Source: an uncultured bacterium (GTDB lineage: Bacteria > CSSED10-310 > CAZUFC01). From it: a stretch of DNA of 33,845 nucleotides. The position numbers and the translations under genes are program-made. A model generated the notes under the pieces. The model was not told the DNA's origin, did no database searches, and saw only the letters and a program-made list of their open reading frames with translations. Shown here in pieces: positions 18,511-27,302 of the stretch (positions are counted from its first letter, which is position 1; each line of letters opens with the position of its first letter). The stretch is from NCBI GenBank assembly GCA_964619725.1, contig CAZUFC010000095.1:1-33845 (forward strand). The letters run 5' to 3'.

Positions 18511-18539
18511 ATTTTACAGTTCTATGACAAAAATGTCAT
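18511..18539 (-). promoter_or_regulatory. sigma70-like promoter for exbB-exbD-tonB with palindromic operator over the -35
   Basis: ATGACA (18539-18534), 17 bp, TAAAAT (18516-18511); perfect inverted repeat ATGACA-N4-TGTCAT at 18524-18539. Confidence 0.55.
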
Positions 18540-18635
18540 GGAAAAACGGGCGTCCGGCGGGTTAAATGCGGTTTTCTTAGCATCTGACAAGGGTAATATC
18601 ATCGAAAGTTTGATTTACAGAGCGAAACAGGGGGA

Positions 18636-21600
18636 TCAAGGATTCATTTTTTTTCTAATTTCGTTTGCGGCCTGTTCATCAGGGGCGAATTCCAGGGCCT
18701 TGCGATACAATTTCATGGCTTCCTGGTCATTTTTCATCTTCACTAGAAGATCGGCAGCGCGGACCAAAGAGCGGAAGACCCATTTTTCCTGTTGCGGAAA
18801 CAAATAGACGACTTTCATCAATTCAGTCAAAGCGGTCTGGATTTCATCGGTTTGAGCGAGCAGCTCTCCTTTTCTGTAATAGGCTTCAGCAGCGATTTCA
18901 GGATCAGAGTTTCTGATTGCCAGGTTAAAGTATTCGAGCGCTTTATCGTGAACATTTTTTTGATCGAACAATTTAGCCATTTCGAGATACATTTCGCCTT
19001 TTAAGGATGATTGGGGGAATTCATCAACGAACTTCAGCAAATTTTTTTCAGCTTGTGCGATCTGCTTCAAATTGACGTAGGCAGTGAATTCGGCGAACAA
19101 CAGGTTTTCCTGCAGGGGATGCTCGCTGGAGGCCAGATTTCCGAATCGTTCCAGAACGCGTAATACGTCATCGTACCGATTTTCTCGTATGTAGATGTCG
19201 CTGAGTTTGAAAAGCGCTTCGGGTATGAGTTTGCTGTCGGGGAAGAGAAGAGGTACCGATTGGTAAGCCTCGACGGCTCTGTCGACAAGACCGGCTCTCT
19301 GACAGGCGTCAGCCAGCCTGATGTATACGTTGTCCAAAGAGTCGAACTCCCTGTATTCCTCCAGTATTCTACTGTAATAGGAAATGGCCCGGGAGAAGTA
19401 ACCTTTGTCTGCGAAGCTCTGTGCCAGGGTGAAGAGGAACTGAGCGTTCTGAGGATGATCCGGATTCATTTCGACGAATTTTTCCACATGATCGGCATAA
19501 GCGGCGATATTTCCTGTCTGAAGATAGGTCAGTCCTATACCGTATTGGGCATCGAGGGTTTCAGGCGAATCGGGATACCTGTCGATTACTTCGGAATATT
19601 TTTCTCTGGCCTTTTCATAGAATTCCAGGTTGTACCAGCAATCCGCCTGTTTGAGGGCTGCATCGGGGGCCAATTCGCTCTCCGGATTCTTTGTGAGGAA
19701 CTCGTTAAAGACTTGCGCCGCTTCCCGGAAATTTTTGCTTTGAAATAAACTGACGGCTTGTTCATAAACAGATTTTTCGCGGTAAACATGGTCGTCAGCT
19801 TCAGCCAGCCGGGAAAACAGAGCTTCCGCATCCCTGAAGCGTCCCAGTCTTCTGTAGACTATAGCTTTCTGATACATGGCTTCGTCTAATTGCGGATGGT
19901 CCGGGAAAAGATCAATGAACTTATCATAAGTGTCCAGAGCATTTTCAAATTTTTTCATATTATAGTAACTGTCGCCCAAACCCAGGAATGAGGAAGCGAG
20001 ATAGTGGTCGAGCGATTTTTGGGCCTGGCGGGCGACCTGCAGGAAATATTCTGCAGCGGCAGGCCATTTTTCCTGATAATAATTTACCCAGGCAAGACCG
20101 AGGCCGGCCAGAGAATTCAGGTCATTGCGATCAAACTGAAGGACCATCCTGTACATTTCTCCGGCATTTTCATATTTTCCCTGTCTTAAGTAAGTTTCTC
20201 CGGACCAGAAGTAAATTTCGGCCTGCCTTTCGCTGTCGGCGTTAATCCGCAGCAATTCATCGAAGATGGTCCTGGCTTGCTCCGTATTTCCTGAACGAAG
20301 AAGACAAATGCCTTTCTGCAGGCGTATGGTGTTTTCCAGTCGATGCAGTCCCGATGATACTTCGAGAGCCTTATCGAAAAAAGGAATGGCGCTTTCGCAT
20401 TTTCCGATCTGCGCGAAGGAGGCGGCGAGAAGCGTGTAAATTTCGTTTTTGAAGCGAGTGTCGGGATATTGATTCAGAATTTTCCGGTAATCGTTGAGGG
20501 CCTGACTGTAATTTCCCTCTCCATATTTTTTCCTGGCCTCCAACAGCATGGCCTGCTCTTTCCACAAAGGAAGCCTGTCGGCATCGCTGATTTCCTTAAA
20601 GATAAGCTCTGCTTCGTGTTCCCGTCCCAGAGAAAGGAGCAGTCTTGCTTTTTGGTAGAGTACATTTGTTCCAAGTGAATTACGAGGAAAGCGCCTTAAA
20701 ATTTCGTCGAAGGTTTGAAGAGCGCGTTCATAATCCTGTAATCCTATATAGGCCCAGGCTTTGCCGTAATAGGCATCAGGCAGCATTTCCGATTTTTCGT
20801 ATTTTTCGGCGACCAGTTCGTACAATTCCAGGGCTTTTGAGTAATCGGCCGCGTGAAAACGACATTCAGCCATCCAAAAGATTGCCGCAGGCCTTTGAGG
20901 ATGTAAGGGATATCTGCTTTTTATCATGCTGAAGTATTTGCAGGCTTGCTCATAGTCGCCTAAAAGAAAAGCGGAGCGTGCTGTTTTATACGCGATTAAC
21001 GGCGCATTTTTCCAGCGCCCGTTTGCTTCCAGGAATTCCGTGAAAACATTGACCGCTTTTTCGTAAGAACCGGTTTCAACATATAATTCGCCGAGAAAAA
21101 CATTAATGAATGACAATCGTTCTGCATCGATGATCTTGCCTCTTGCTTCTTTGAGAACTTCGATTGCGGAATTCGTTTCGTTTTCCAGATGGTAAATTTC
21201 TGCAAGCCAGTAATAAGCCTGGGAGATTTTTTCCGATGAGGGTCGTTTTTCCAGAAAATCAAGGAAGTGACCTTTTGCTTCGGCGAATTTATTCCTGTTG
21301 AAAAAGAAAACGCCCAGTTTGTACGAATACTGCTTTCCATAGAACAATTTCTGAAAAAGACTTACCGGAAAAATGCCCGGTAAACATCCCCGGGAAAGAG
21401 TTTTTTCCGGTTTCAGCCGTTCATCTTTCACCGGGTTGGGCAGCATCGATTCCTTTTCATCGGGATGAGGAAATGATTTCATTTTCTGCAGGAGGGGCAG
21501 GTTCCTGCTTATCTGTCCTTTTACCGGCTGAAACATTTTGCTGACAATAGTGACATCCGGCAAAGTGATGACCGGTTTTTGATCATTCCGGGCCTGCAAA

Positions 21601-21659
21601 GAGCCGGTTAACAGAAGAAAAATTAGTAACTTGCCTGCATAATTGAAATATTTCATCAT
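18636..21659 (-). CDS. large exported TPR protein (CpoB/BamD-like repeats)
   Basis: Signal peptide (LLIFLLLTGSLQA); ~900 aa of TPRs with recurrent YP/FP/NP-x-S/H turns; start overlaps the upstream stop. Confidence 0.85.
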   Translation of the reverse strand: MMKYFNYAGKLLIFLLLTGSLQARNDQKPVITLPDVTIVSKMFQPVKGQISRNLPLLQKMKSFPHPDEKESMLPNPVKDERLKPEKTLSRGCLPGIFPVSLFQKLFYGKQYSYKLGVFFFNRNKFAEAKGHFLDFLEKRPSSEKISQAYYWLAEIYHLENETNSAIEVLKEARGKIIDAERLSFINVFLGELYVETGSYEKAVNVFTEFLEANGRWKNAPLIAYKTARSAFLLGDYEQACKYFSMIKSRYPLHPQRPAAIFWMAECRFHAADYSKALELYELVAEKYEKSEMLPDAYYGKAWAYIGLQDYERALQTFDEILRRFPRNSLGTNVLYQKARLLLSLGREHEAELIFKEISDADRLPLWKEQAMLLEARKKYGEGNYSQALNDYRKILNQYPDTRFKNEIYTLLAASFAQIGKCESAIPFFDKALEVSSGLHRLENTIRLQKGICLLRSGNTEQARTIFDELLRINADSERQAEIYFWSGETYLRQGKYENAGEMYRMVLQFDRNDLNSLAGLGLAWVNYYQEKWPAAAEYFLQVARQAQKSLDHYLASSFLGLGDSYYNMKKFENALDTYDKFIDLFPDHPQLDEAMYQKAIVYRRLGRFRDAEALFSRLAEADDHVYREKSVYEQAVSLFQSKNFREAAQVFNEFLTKNPESELAPDAALKQADCWYNLEFYEKAREKYSEVIDRYPDSPETLDAQYGIGLTYLQTGNIAAYADHVEKFVEMNPDHPQNAQFLFTLAQSFADKGYFSRAISYYSRILEEYREFDSLDNVYIRLADACQRAGLVDRAVEAYQSVPLLFPDSKLIPEALFKLSDIYIRENRYDDVLRVLERFGNLASSEHPLQENLLFAEFTAYVNLKQIAQAEKNLLKFVDEFPQSSLKGEMYLEMAKLFDQKNVHDKALEYFNLAIRNSDPEIAAEAYYRKGELLAQTDEIQTALTELMKVVYLFPQQEKWVFRSLVRAADLLVKMKNDQEAMKLYRKALEFAPDEQAANEIRKKMNP

Positions 21660-23464
21660 TTAATCGGCGCTCCGCGTTCAGGCGAAATCATTCGCAAACT
21701 TTTCAAAGCGGCAGAAACCCGTCGCTCCATTTCTTCATCACCGGCAAGTTCCTTCGCCTTTCGATACTTATTGAAAGCTTTGTCATATTCTCCCAGCTCA
21801 TGGTGAGCGACAGCGGATTCAAAATAAATTTCACCGAGATAGTCGGAGGGCGGAGAACGGTTCAAAACCTTTTCCCAAATTTCTGAAGCTTTTGCATAAT
21901 CACCCAATCTGGATAAAACGAGGCCGTATTTAATTTCAGGGATAAGGCTCGAATTTTCTGTTTCCTTCTCGCTCAGGAGTTCTTCATAAAGCGCTGCCGC
22001 GGCAGGATAGTCTTTTAATCCGAACAGAGATTCGGCCAGAAGAAAAATGATTTTTTCCCGATATTGTTCGTCTTGCTTCGATAACTGATTCAAAAGGGGC
22101 GATAAAGACCGGTGAGCGTCCATGTAGTCGCCGGTTTCCAATTTAAGACCGGCAATGCGCAACGCTACATCAGGTTTCAACTGATGGTCTTCGGGAAGCG
22201 AAGCGCCCAGTTTTTCATACATGGCTAAAGCTTCATCAAAATAACCGTTCTCCTGCTTTTCATTTGCAACGCTCAGATATTCCTTTATAGAGTCAAAGGA
22301 ATCAATATCGGGAATTTCAGTCCTGAAATACCGGGCCAGATGATCACGTTTCAATTCATGAAGATTCTGCGTGATTTGACGGCGCAGTCTTTCGGAAGAT
22401 TCAGCATAATCCAGAGATAATATGAAATATCGAGTCGCTTTTAAGGTGTTTGCCCGCATCCATCTCAGGCCTAATTGAAAAAGCAATCGTCCCGCAATTG
22501 AATCGTCGTGCCGGTCGTTCAGATAATTCATGAGGGCTGATTCGATCTTGGAGAGAGGAGCGGGAGGTTCCATGTTAAGAAGAGCGATGCAGTATATGTA
22601 TTGAAGGGAGTGCGGAATTTCCTGCGAATTATTGTATTCGAAGAGACGTTCCAAATGCTTCACTGCTTCATCATATCTTTCAAGATAAAAGCAGGTTTTC
22701 GCCAGCAATTCCATGGTTTGAGGATCAGTATGATCGTTCTCCTCAGAAATAGGGGATTCCTCCAGATATTTTAATGCTTCGTCGTATGCCCCGGTATGAA
22801 AAAGGGCTTTTCCCAGAAGATTTTTTGCGCGGGCGATCCGCCTGGGATCATTATCCTTGTGCAGCACGGATTTAAAAACGTGAATTGATTCGCCATATCG
22901 GCCTTGTTCAAATAAACTCAATCCCAGGGAATATTCGGCATAATCCGCCAGGTCTTTGTCGACGTTTAATCTGGCGGCGACGCGGTAATAGGCTGCCGCC
23001 TCGCTGAAAAAAGAAAGCCTGTAAAAGGATTCAGCCAGCCAGAAAGAAACCGTTTGAGTTTCAGCTTTCGAGAGATCATGATCGAGGGTCAGTTTTAAAT
23101 ACTCGGCGGCGGTTTTGTATTCCTCCCTTTCGAAATACATCACGCCCCACTTGTAAGCTGCTCTCACGGCGCTGTCAGAATCAGGATATTTTTCGAGAAG
23201 GATTTTCAGCCACTTTTGCGCTTCATTGAATTTGCCCTGCTGATAGAAAATATCAACTCTCAATGCCAGGGACCGATCCGCAAACCGACCATCAGGAAAT
23301 TTCTCAAGGTACTCGAAAATCTGGGCCGAGGCTATTTCCAGGAACCCGTCCTGATAGGCGTTCCATATAACCTTAAATATCTCGTCTTCCGATTCGGCTG
23401 ACGCATTCGCTGAAAAAAGAGGCGCTGTCAGAATAACGACAAAAAAGAAATTAAATATCTTCAT
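21656..23464 (-). CDS. exported TPR protein
   Basis: Start moved to MKIFNFFFVVILTAPLFSANASA (signal peptide) at 23464; TPR repeats throughout. Confidence 0.83.
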   Translation of the reverse strand: MKIFNFFFVVILTAPLFSANASAESEDEIFKVIWNAYQDGFLEIASAQIFEYLEKFPDGRFADRSLALRVDIFYQQGKFNEAQKWLKILLEKYPDSDSAVRAAYKWGVMYFEREEYKTAAEYLKLTLDHDLSKAETQTVSFWLAESFYRLSFFSEAAAYYRVAARLNVDKDLADYAEYSLGLSLFEQGRYGESIHVFKSVLHKDNDPRRIARAKNLLGKALFHTGAYDEALKYLEESPISEENDHTDPQTMELLAKTCFYLERYDEAVKHLERLFEYNNSQEIPHSLQYIYCIALLNMEPPAPLSKIESALMNYLNDRHDDSIAGRLLFQLGLRWMRANTLKATRYFILSLDYAESSERLRRQITQNLHELKRDHLARYFRTEIPDIDSFDSIKEYLSVANEKQENGYFDEALAMYEKLGASLPEDHQLKPDVALRIAGLKLETGDYMDAHRSLSPLLNQLSKQDEQYREKIIFLLAESLFGLKDYPAAAALYEELLSEKETENSSLIPEIKYGLVLSRLGDYAKASEIWEKVLNRSPPSDYLGEIYFESAVAHHELGEYDKAFNKYRKAKELAGDEEMERRVSAALKSLRMISPERGAPIK

Positions 23465-24482
23465 CGTTTTGCTGCTTTTTCTCCTTAGATTTGAACATAT
23501 CATCCTTGTTAAGTAGATTCCTGGCCTCTTTTTCCAGGTTGAATTCAGCTCCGCTTTCATTATCTTCGGCAGGGCTCATTTTTTGATCAAGTTCATAGAG
23601 TATGTCATCGACAGAACGGTGATTTCCTGATCTAGCGGAAGGCGTAATTTGATCATCATTTGAATCGGGCATCCCGACAGCTTCCTGCGGAAGCTCTTCT
23701 TCTCCCTCTCGACGACCCATCTGCTTTTTCAGATGCCTTTGATATATTTTCTTCCTCTGCTTTTTCAATTCTTCCTGCCGGTCTATGAACTCGCGCAAAT
23801 CCATAACTCTTTTTTCTTCGATTTTGGATTTAACTTTTCTGGAAATTGAAATATAAAAAACAGGAATGATGATAATTACGATAACAAAAAAGGCCCACAA
23901 GAAGATTCTTCGATCGTTTTTTATCGCCAGCCAATGAGGTTTTTTCAGGTTCATAATGGAGTATGATTTGTTTCCGTTTGTGTCTGAAGCTTCAATATAA
24001 TACTGCACTCCCTTATTGCCCATGAGCTCCTTAGGTATTACGAATTCGTAAACCGGTTCGTCCGGAAGCTTTTCCATGGGCGATTTCATGTAAATTTCAT
24101 TTGAGCGCGGTCTGCGATAATAAACAAAGACCTCAGATACGCCATAATCATCAGTAACTTCCGCTTTGATTCGCATCGGCGCATCGGGAGGGACGCTTTC
24201 AGGCGACAGATTCTTGACTTCCGGAGGGAATATATCCCTGGACAGCTTTTCGCTGTCCCTGTGATCGCGGACATTGTAAAGTTTTTTTATCTCTTCCAGC
24301 TCCTCGTCCAATTCTTTTTGGTTAGTTCCTATTTTATCGGAGAAGTCTGATTGCTCGTAATCGTTCGTTTGCGGAGCGGTTTCCGTGAATTGAGCGGAAA
24401 CGGGCAAGGCTGCTGGAATGCAAGCAAGAAAAATGATCGCGATGAATATTTTTCTGATTAATTCAATTCTGCGGCGACACAT
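23451..24482 (-). CDS. single-pass membrane protein with periplasmic Ig/FN3-like domain and charged cytoplasmic tail
   Basis: Signal peptide (..ALPVSA), beta-rich domain (RIKAEVTDDYGVSEVFVYYR...VQYYIEASDTNGN), TM helix (IFLWAFFVIVIIIIPVFYISI), coiled-coil and acidic tail. Confidence 0.65.
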   Translation of the reverse strand: MCRRRIELIRKIFIAIIFLACIPAALPVSAQFTETAPQTNDYEQSDFSDKIGTNQKELDEELEEIKKLYNVRDHRDSEKLSRDIFPPEVKNLSPESVPPDAPMRIKAEVTDDYGVSEVFVYYRRPRSNEIYMKSPMEKLPDEPVYEFVIPKELMGNKGVQYYIEASDTNGNKSYSIMNLKKPHWLAIKNDRRIFLWAFFVIVIIIIPVFYISISRKVKSKIEEKRVMDLREFIDRQEELKKQRKKIYQRHLKKQMGRREGEEELPQEAVGMPDSNDDQITPSARSGNHRSVDDILYELDQKMSPAEDNESGAEFNLEKEARNLLNKDDMFKSKEKKQQNDEDI

Positions 24483-24600
24483 AAAAGTATCTCCTTAAAA
24501 AGATTATCCTGTTATGATTAAGTCTTTCGACCAATCGAAATCATATGTCCCTCTTAAGGGACAGTTAGATTTTTACATAACAACGGGAATATTTCAACTT

Positions 24601-26877
24601 TCAATGACGGGAATTAATTTTTTTCAGGCTCTCTTTGGCTTTGGATTTTAATTCCTGATTTTTTGAATGGCTGAAGTAGCGTATGATAGGTATGGACTTC
24701 CGGGTTCCGATTTTCGCCAGAGCATCCAGCAACGAGGATTGCACGCGTTCGCTTTTTCCCGTGGACAATTTCGGAATAATGCCGAGTAAGCCTTCTCTTC
24801 TTAATGAGCCGGCGGCTTCGAGCAGATGATCCTCAACTGTTTTATGGTCCGGCAATTTGATGTTGCCTTTTCTGGCGAGCGCCCTGACCGCGACGATTTG
24901 CATACTTTCATTCGTTTTCTTAGTGTTGTCGTCCAGGACTTCAGAAATGACGGCGAGAAAAGTGTTATGTTCAGAATTGATCCGTTCCAGATAATTCATC
25001 GCCTTTCTTTTTACGAGAGGGTCATCGTCATGCAAAGCTTTAACGAACATATGTTCGACATCCTTTGCCGCTATTTTGAAAAAAGTTTTCAAAACTTCCT
25101 TGCGGACCAGGGGATGCTCATGTTCCAATAGCTTTTCGAGCTTTTCGAGTCCCCTTTCTTCTTTCAAATCGCCCAGGAGCATCGCTATGTTGCGCAGAAC
25201 AAACCAGGCATGTTGTTCATCCAATTCTTTAAGAAGAAAATCGGCTGCAGGCCGGCCGACTTCCCTTATACGCCTGATCATCTCCATCCTGGTCTTCTTG
25301 TCTTGTGAAGATGCCAGAATATCGAACAATAACGGCAAGCCTTCATCAACGTGTTCCGTTAATATTTTAATTATGGTTTCCTTGAGCTTCTCGTCGCTGA
25401 CATCGAAAAATTTCCGCAAATACTTCAGATTAGAAAGTTTCCATATCTCTTCCAGTGTCTGCCCGGCCAGTTTGGACCTCTCCGGAAACCACGCCGACGG
25501 TATGGATGCATGCTCTTCCAGAAAATCATTGATCTGAATAACCTTGTTTAATTCGTTCCTTTTGAAGAGTTCGCCTATTATTTCAGGATAGGGCTTCAGC
25601 ATATCTTCGTAGGATTTTGCGTCCTTCTGCTTTCCGATTTCCTGTAAAGCCTGCGTCGGCTCAGCCATAAAATAGTCTGTCATCCTCTCAATAGTGATCT
25701 TGTGCTGTAAATGCTCCGGTAATTCATTGAATACAATCACTCCCTCCCTGTACAGCACCTCCAGAACTTTGTCACCCTGCTCGATTTCTACTTCGATTAA
25801 ATGTTCGGCTATCTCCAACAGTATCTCTTTGACCTTGTTGCGCGTCTCTTCAATGGAAAAACCGTATTTGGGTTGCGGTACCTTGAGATACAATTTCTTG
25901 TATTCATAGATCAACTGGTTGGCCGTCTGTATTAAAATAGCATGCGGCAATATTCTAATGATCTGAGAAGCAACCTGCAGGTCCTTTACTTCTTCGATGT
26001 GACGGATGTTTTCCTGAACTAAATCGGCATGAAATAAAACATCCGCCAATACGTCGGCTTTCCGTATAGGTCTGAAAATATCCTCAAACAATTGCATTTT
26101 TATTCTTTGCAATTGCTCCAACGATGAATAACGGAATAACGGCAATACGCGTAAATCCTTACATAACCGGGTGATCGCCATTTCCACCCGCCAGGGCAGA
26201 CGCCTTTGTTTTCCGACGATGTCTTCCTCAAATACCGTCGTCACCGATAATATCTTGTGCTGATTCAATGCCTCTATCAGCTTCTGTCGCTCCTCTTCCA
26301 GCGTTATCTTCGATATAAGATGACTCTCGCTCATGATGTCGATGAAAGTCTCAAACTCGCCCTGCGTTATATGACTCTTCAGCGTCGTCGCTCTTAATCC
26401 TTTCCTCTGAAAAAAATCGACGAATTTCGGTATAAAAATGTCGCCCATCCCGCGCGTCATTATTCGACTCAACGCCACCGGCTCTACAAAATATCCCTCT
26501 ATCATCACATCCGTCTCTTCCCAACTCGATACGAACATATAAGTCAGCGTTCTTCGAGAACCCATAACCTTTCGGAACATCTCATACAATCCCTGTTTGG
26601 CCGATCTTGATTGAGGATGAGAAGGTTCGTAATAGCCTGTTCGCAGCATCGCTTTAATAAAGGAAAGAGTAAAATTCTGTATTTCAAGCTGCGCTTTTAG
26701 AAGCTTCTCTTTTTCTTCCTCAGACAGGTCCTCGGCGCTTTCCCCCACTCCGATAAAATCAGCGATTAAGGCAGGGTCCTGCAATTCTTCGGGAACGTTG
26801 AGAAGCAAATCCCTGTCGTCTATTATTTCTTCTTCCATATTTTCCATGTCGTTATCTTTATTATGTTCTTCAGCCAT
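24601..26877 (-). CDS. HEAT/armadillo-repeat cytoplasmic protein
   Basis: C-terminal HEAT units (WFVLRNIAMLLG, HEHPLVRKEVL, DDDPLVKRKAM, LLDALAKIG); AAGGAG RBS. Confidence 0.8.
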   Translation of the reverse strand: MAEEHNKDNDMENMEEEIIDDRDLLLNVPEELQDPALIADFIGVGESAEDLSEEEKEKLLKAQLEIQNFTLSFIKAMLRTGYYEPSHPQSRSAKQGLYEMFRKVMGSRRTLTYMFVSSWEETDVMIEGYFVEPVALSRIMTRGMGDIFIPKFVDFFQRKGLRATTLKSHITQGEFETFIDIMSESHLISKITLEEERQKLIEALNQHKILSVTTVFEEDIVGKQRRLPWRVEMAITRLCKDLRVLPLFRYSSLEQLQRIKMQLFEDIFRPIRKADVLADVLFHADLVQENIRHIEEVKDLQVASQIIRILPHAILIQTANQLIYEYKKLYLKVPQPKYGFSIEETRNKVKEILLEIAEHLIEVEIEQGDKVLEVLYREGVIVFNELPEHLQHKITIERMTDYFMAEPTQALQEIGKQKDAKSYEDMLKPYPEIIGELFKRNELNKVIQINDFLEEHASIPSAWFPERSKLAGQTLEEIWKLSNLKYLRKFFDVSDEKLKETIIKILTEHVDEGLPLLFDILASSQDKKTRMEMIRRIREVGRPAADFLLKELDEQHAWFVLRNIAMLLGDLKEERGLEKLEKLLEHEHPLVRKEVLKTFFKIAAKDVEHMFVKALHDDDPLVKRKAMNYLERINSEHNTFLAVISEVLDDNTKKTNESMQIVAVRALARKGNIKLPDHKTVEDHLLEAAGSLRREGLLGIIPKLSTGKSERVQSSLLDALAKIGTRKSIPIIRYFSHSKNQELKSKAKESLKKINSRH

Positions 26878-27123
26878 GATCGACTCCTTGAACCTGATTC
26901 AGCAAGCCATCTTCTCTTCTTATCCTTCTGCTTTTGTTTTTTGTGATGACTGACCAACTGCACTTAGAAACTTTGAACGCCGACCCCTAATCAATTTATA
27001 AATAACAGAAGTCTCGTTCTTTGTCAAAAAATAAGCGGAAATATGCAGAGTGATTTTCTGCGTAAGAGAGTCATGGTGAAAAGCGAAATCCTGTCCGATG
27101 CGCTTGAAGGTTTGCATGAGATC

Positions 27124-27178
27124 GAACGCCGTCGGTTTCCGGAATTTTTAACTTTTCACCGGATCACTGACGGCGTTC
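27124..27178. repeat. 55-bp imperfect inverted repeat / stem-loop
   Basis: GAACGCCGTC(GGTTTCCGG)...(CCGGATCACT)GACGGCGTTC; outer 10 bp perfect. Confidence 0.6.
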
Positions 27179-27302
27179 AGTCATAATATGAAGTTCAGAT
27201 TGCGATTTAACGACTGTCCGTTCAGTCTTCAGGGTTCCGCTGCAATGCAGACGCATTTCGATATTTGTTTTTCGGGTCCATCAGAGCCGAAATTTCTTTC
27301 GC

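Noticed and set aside
18404-18635. Cobalamin riboswitch upstream of exbB-exbD-tonB (prompted by the B12 enzymes nearby)
   Set aside because: No recognisable conserved cobalamin riboswitch core or B12 box by eye; the predicted leader is only ~100 nt. An Infernal scan would settle it.
26999-27027. sigma70 promoter for the HEAT gene (TTGACA-17-TATTTA)
   Set aside because: The -35 is perfect but the -10 lacks the conserved final T; too uncertain to list.
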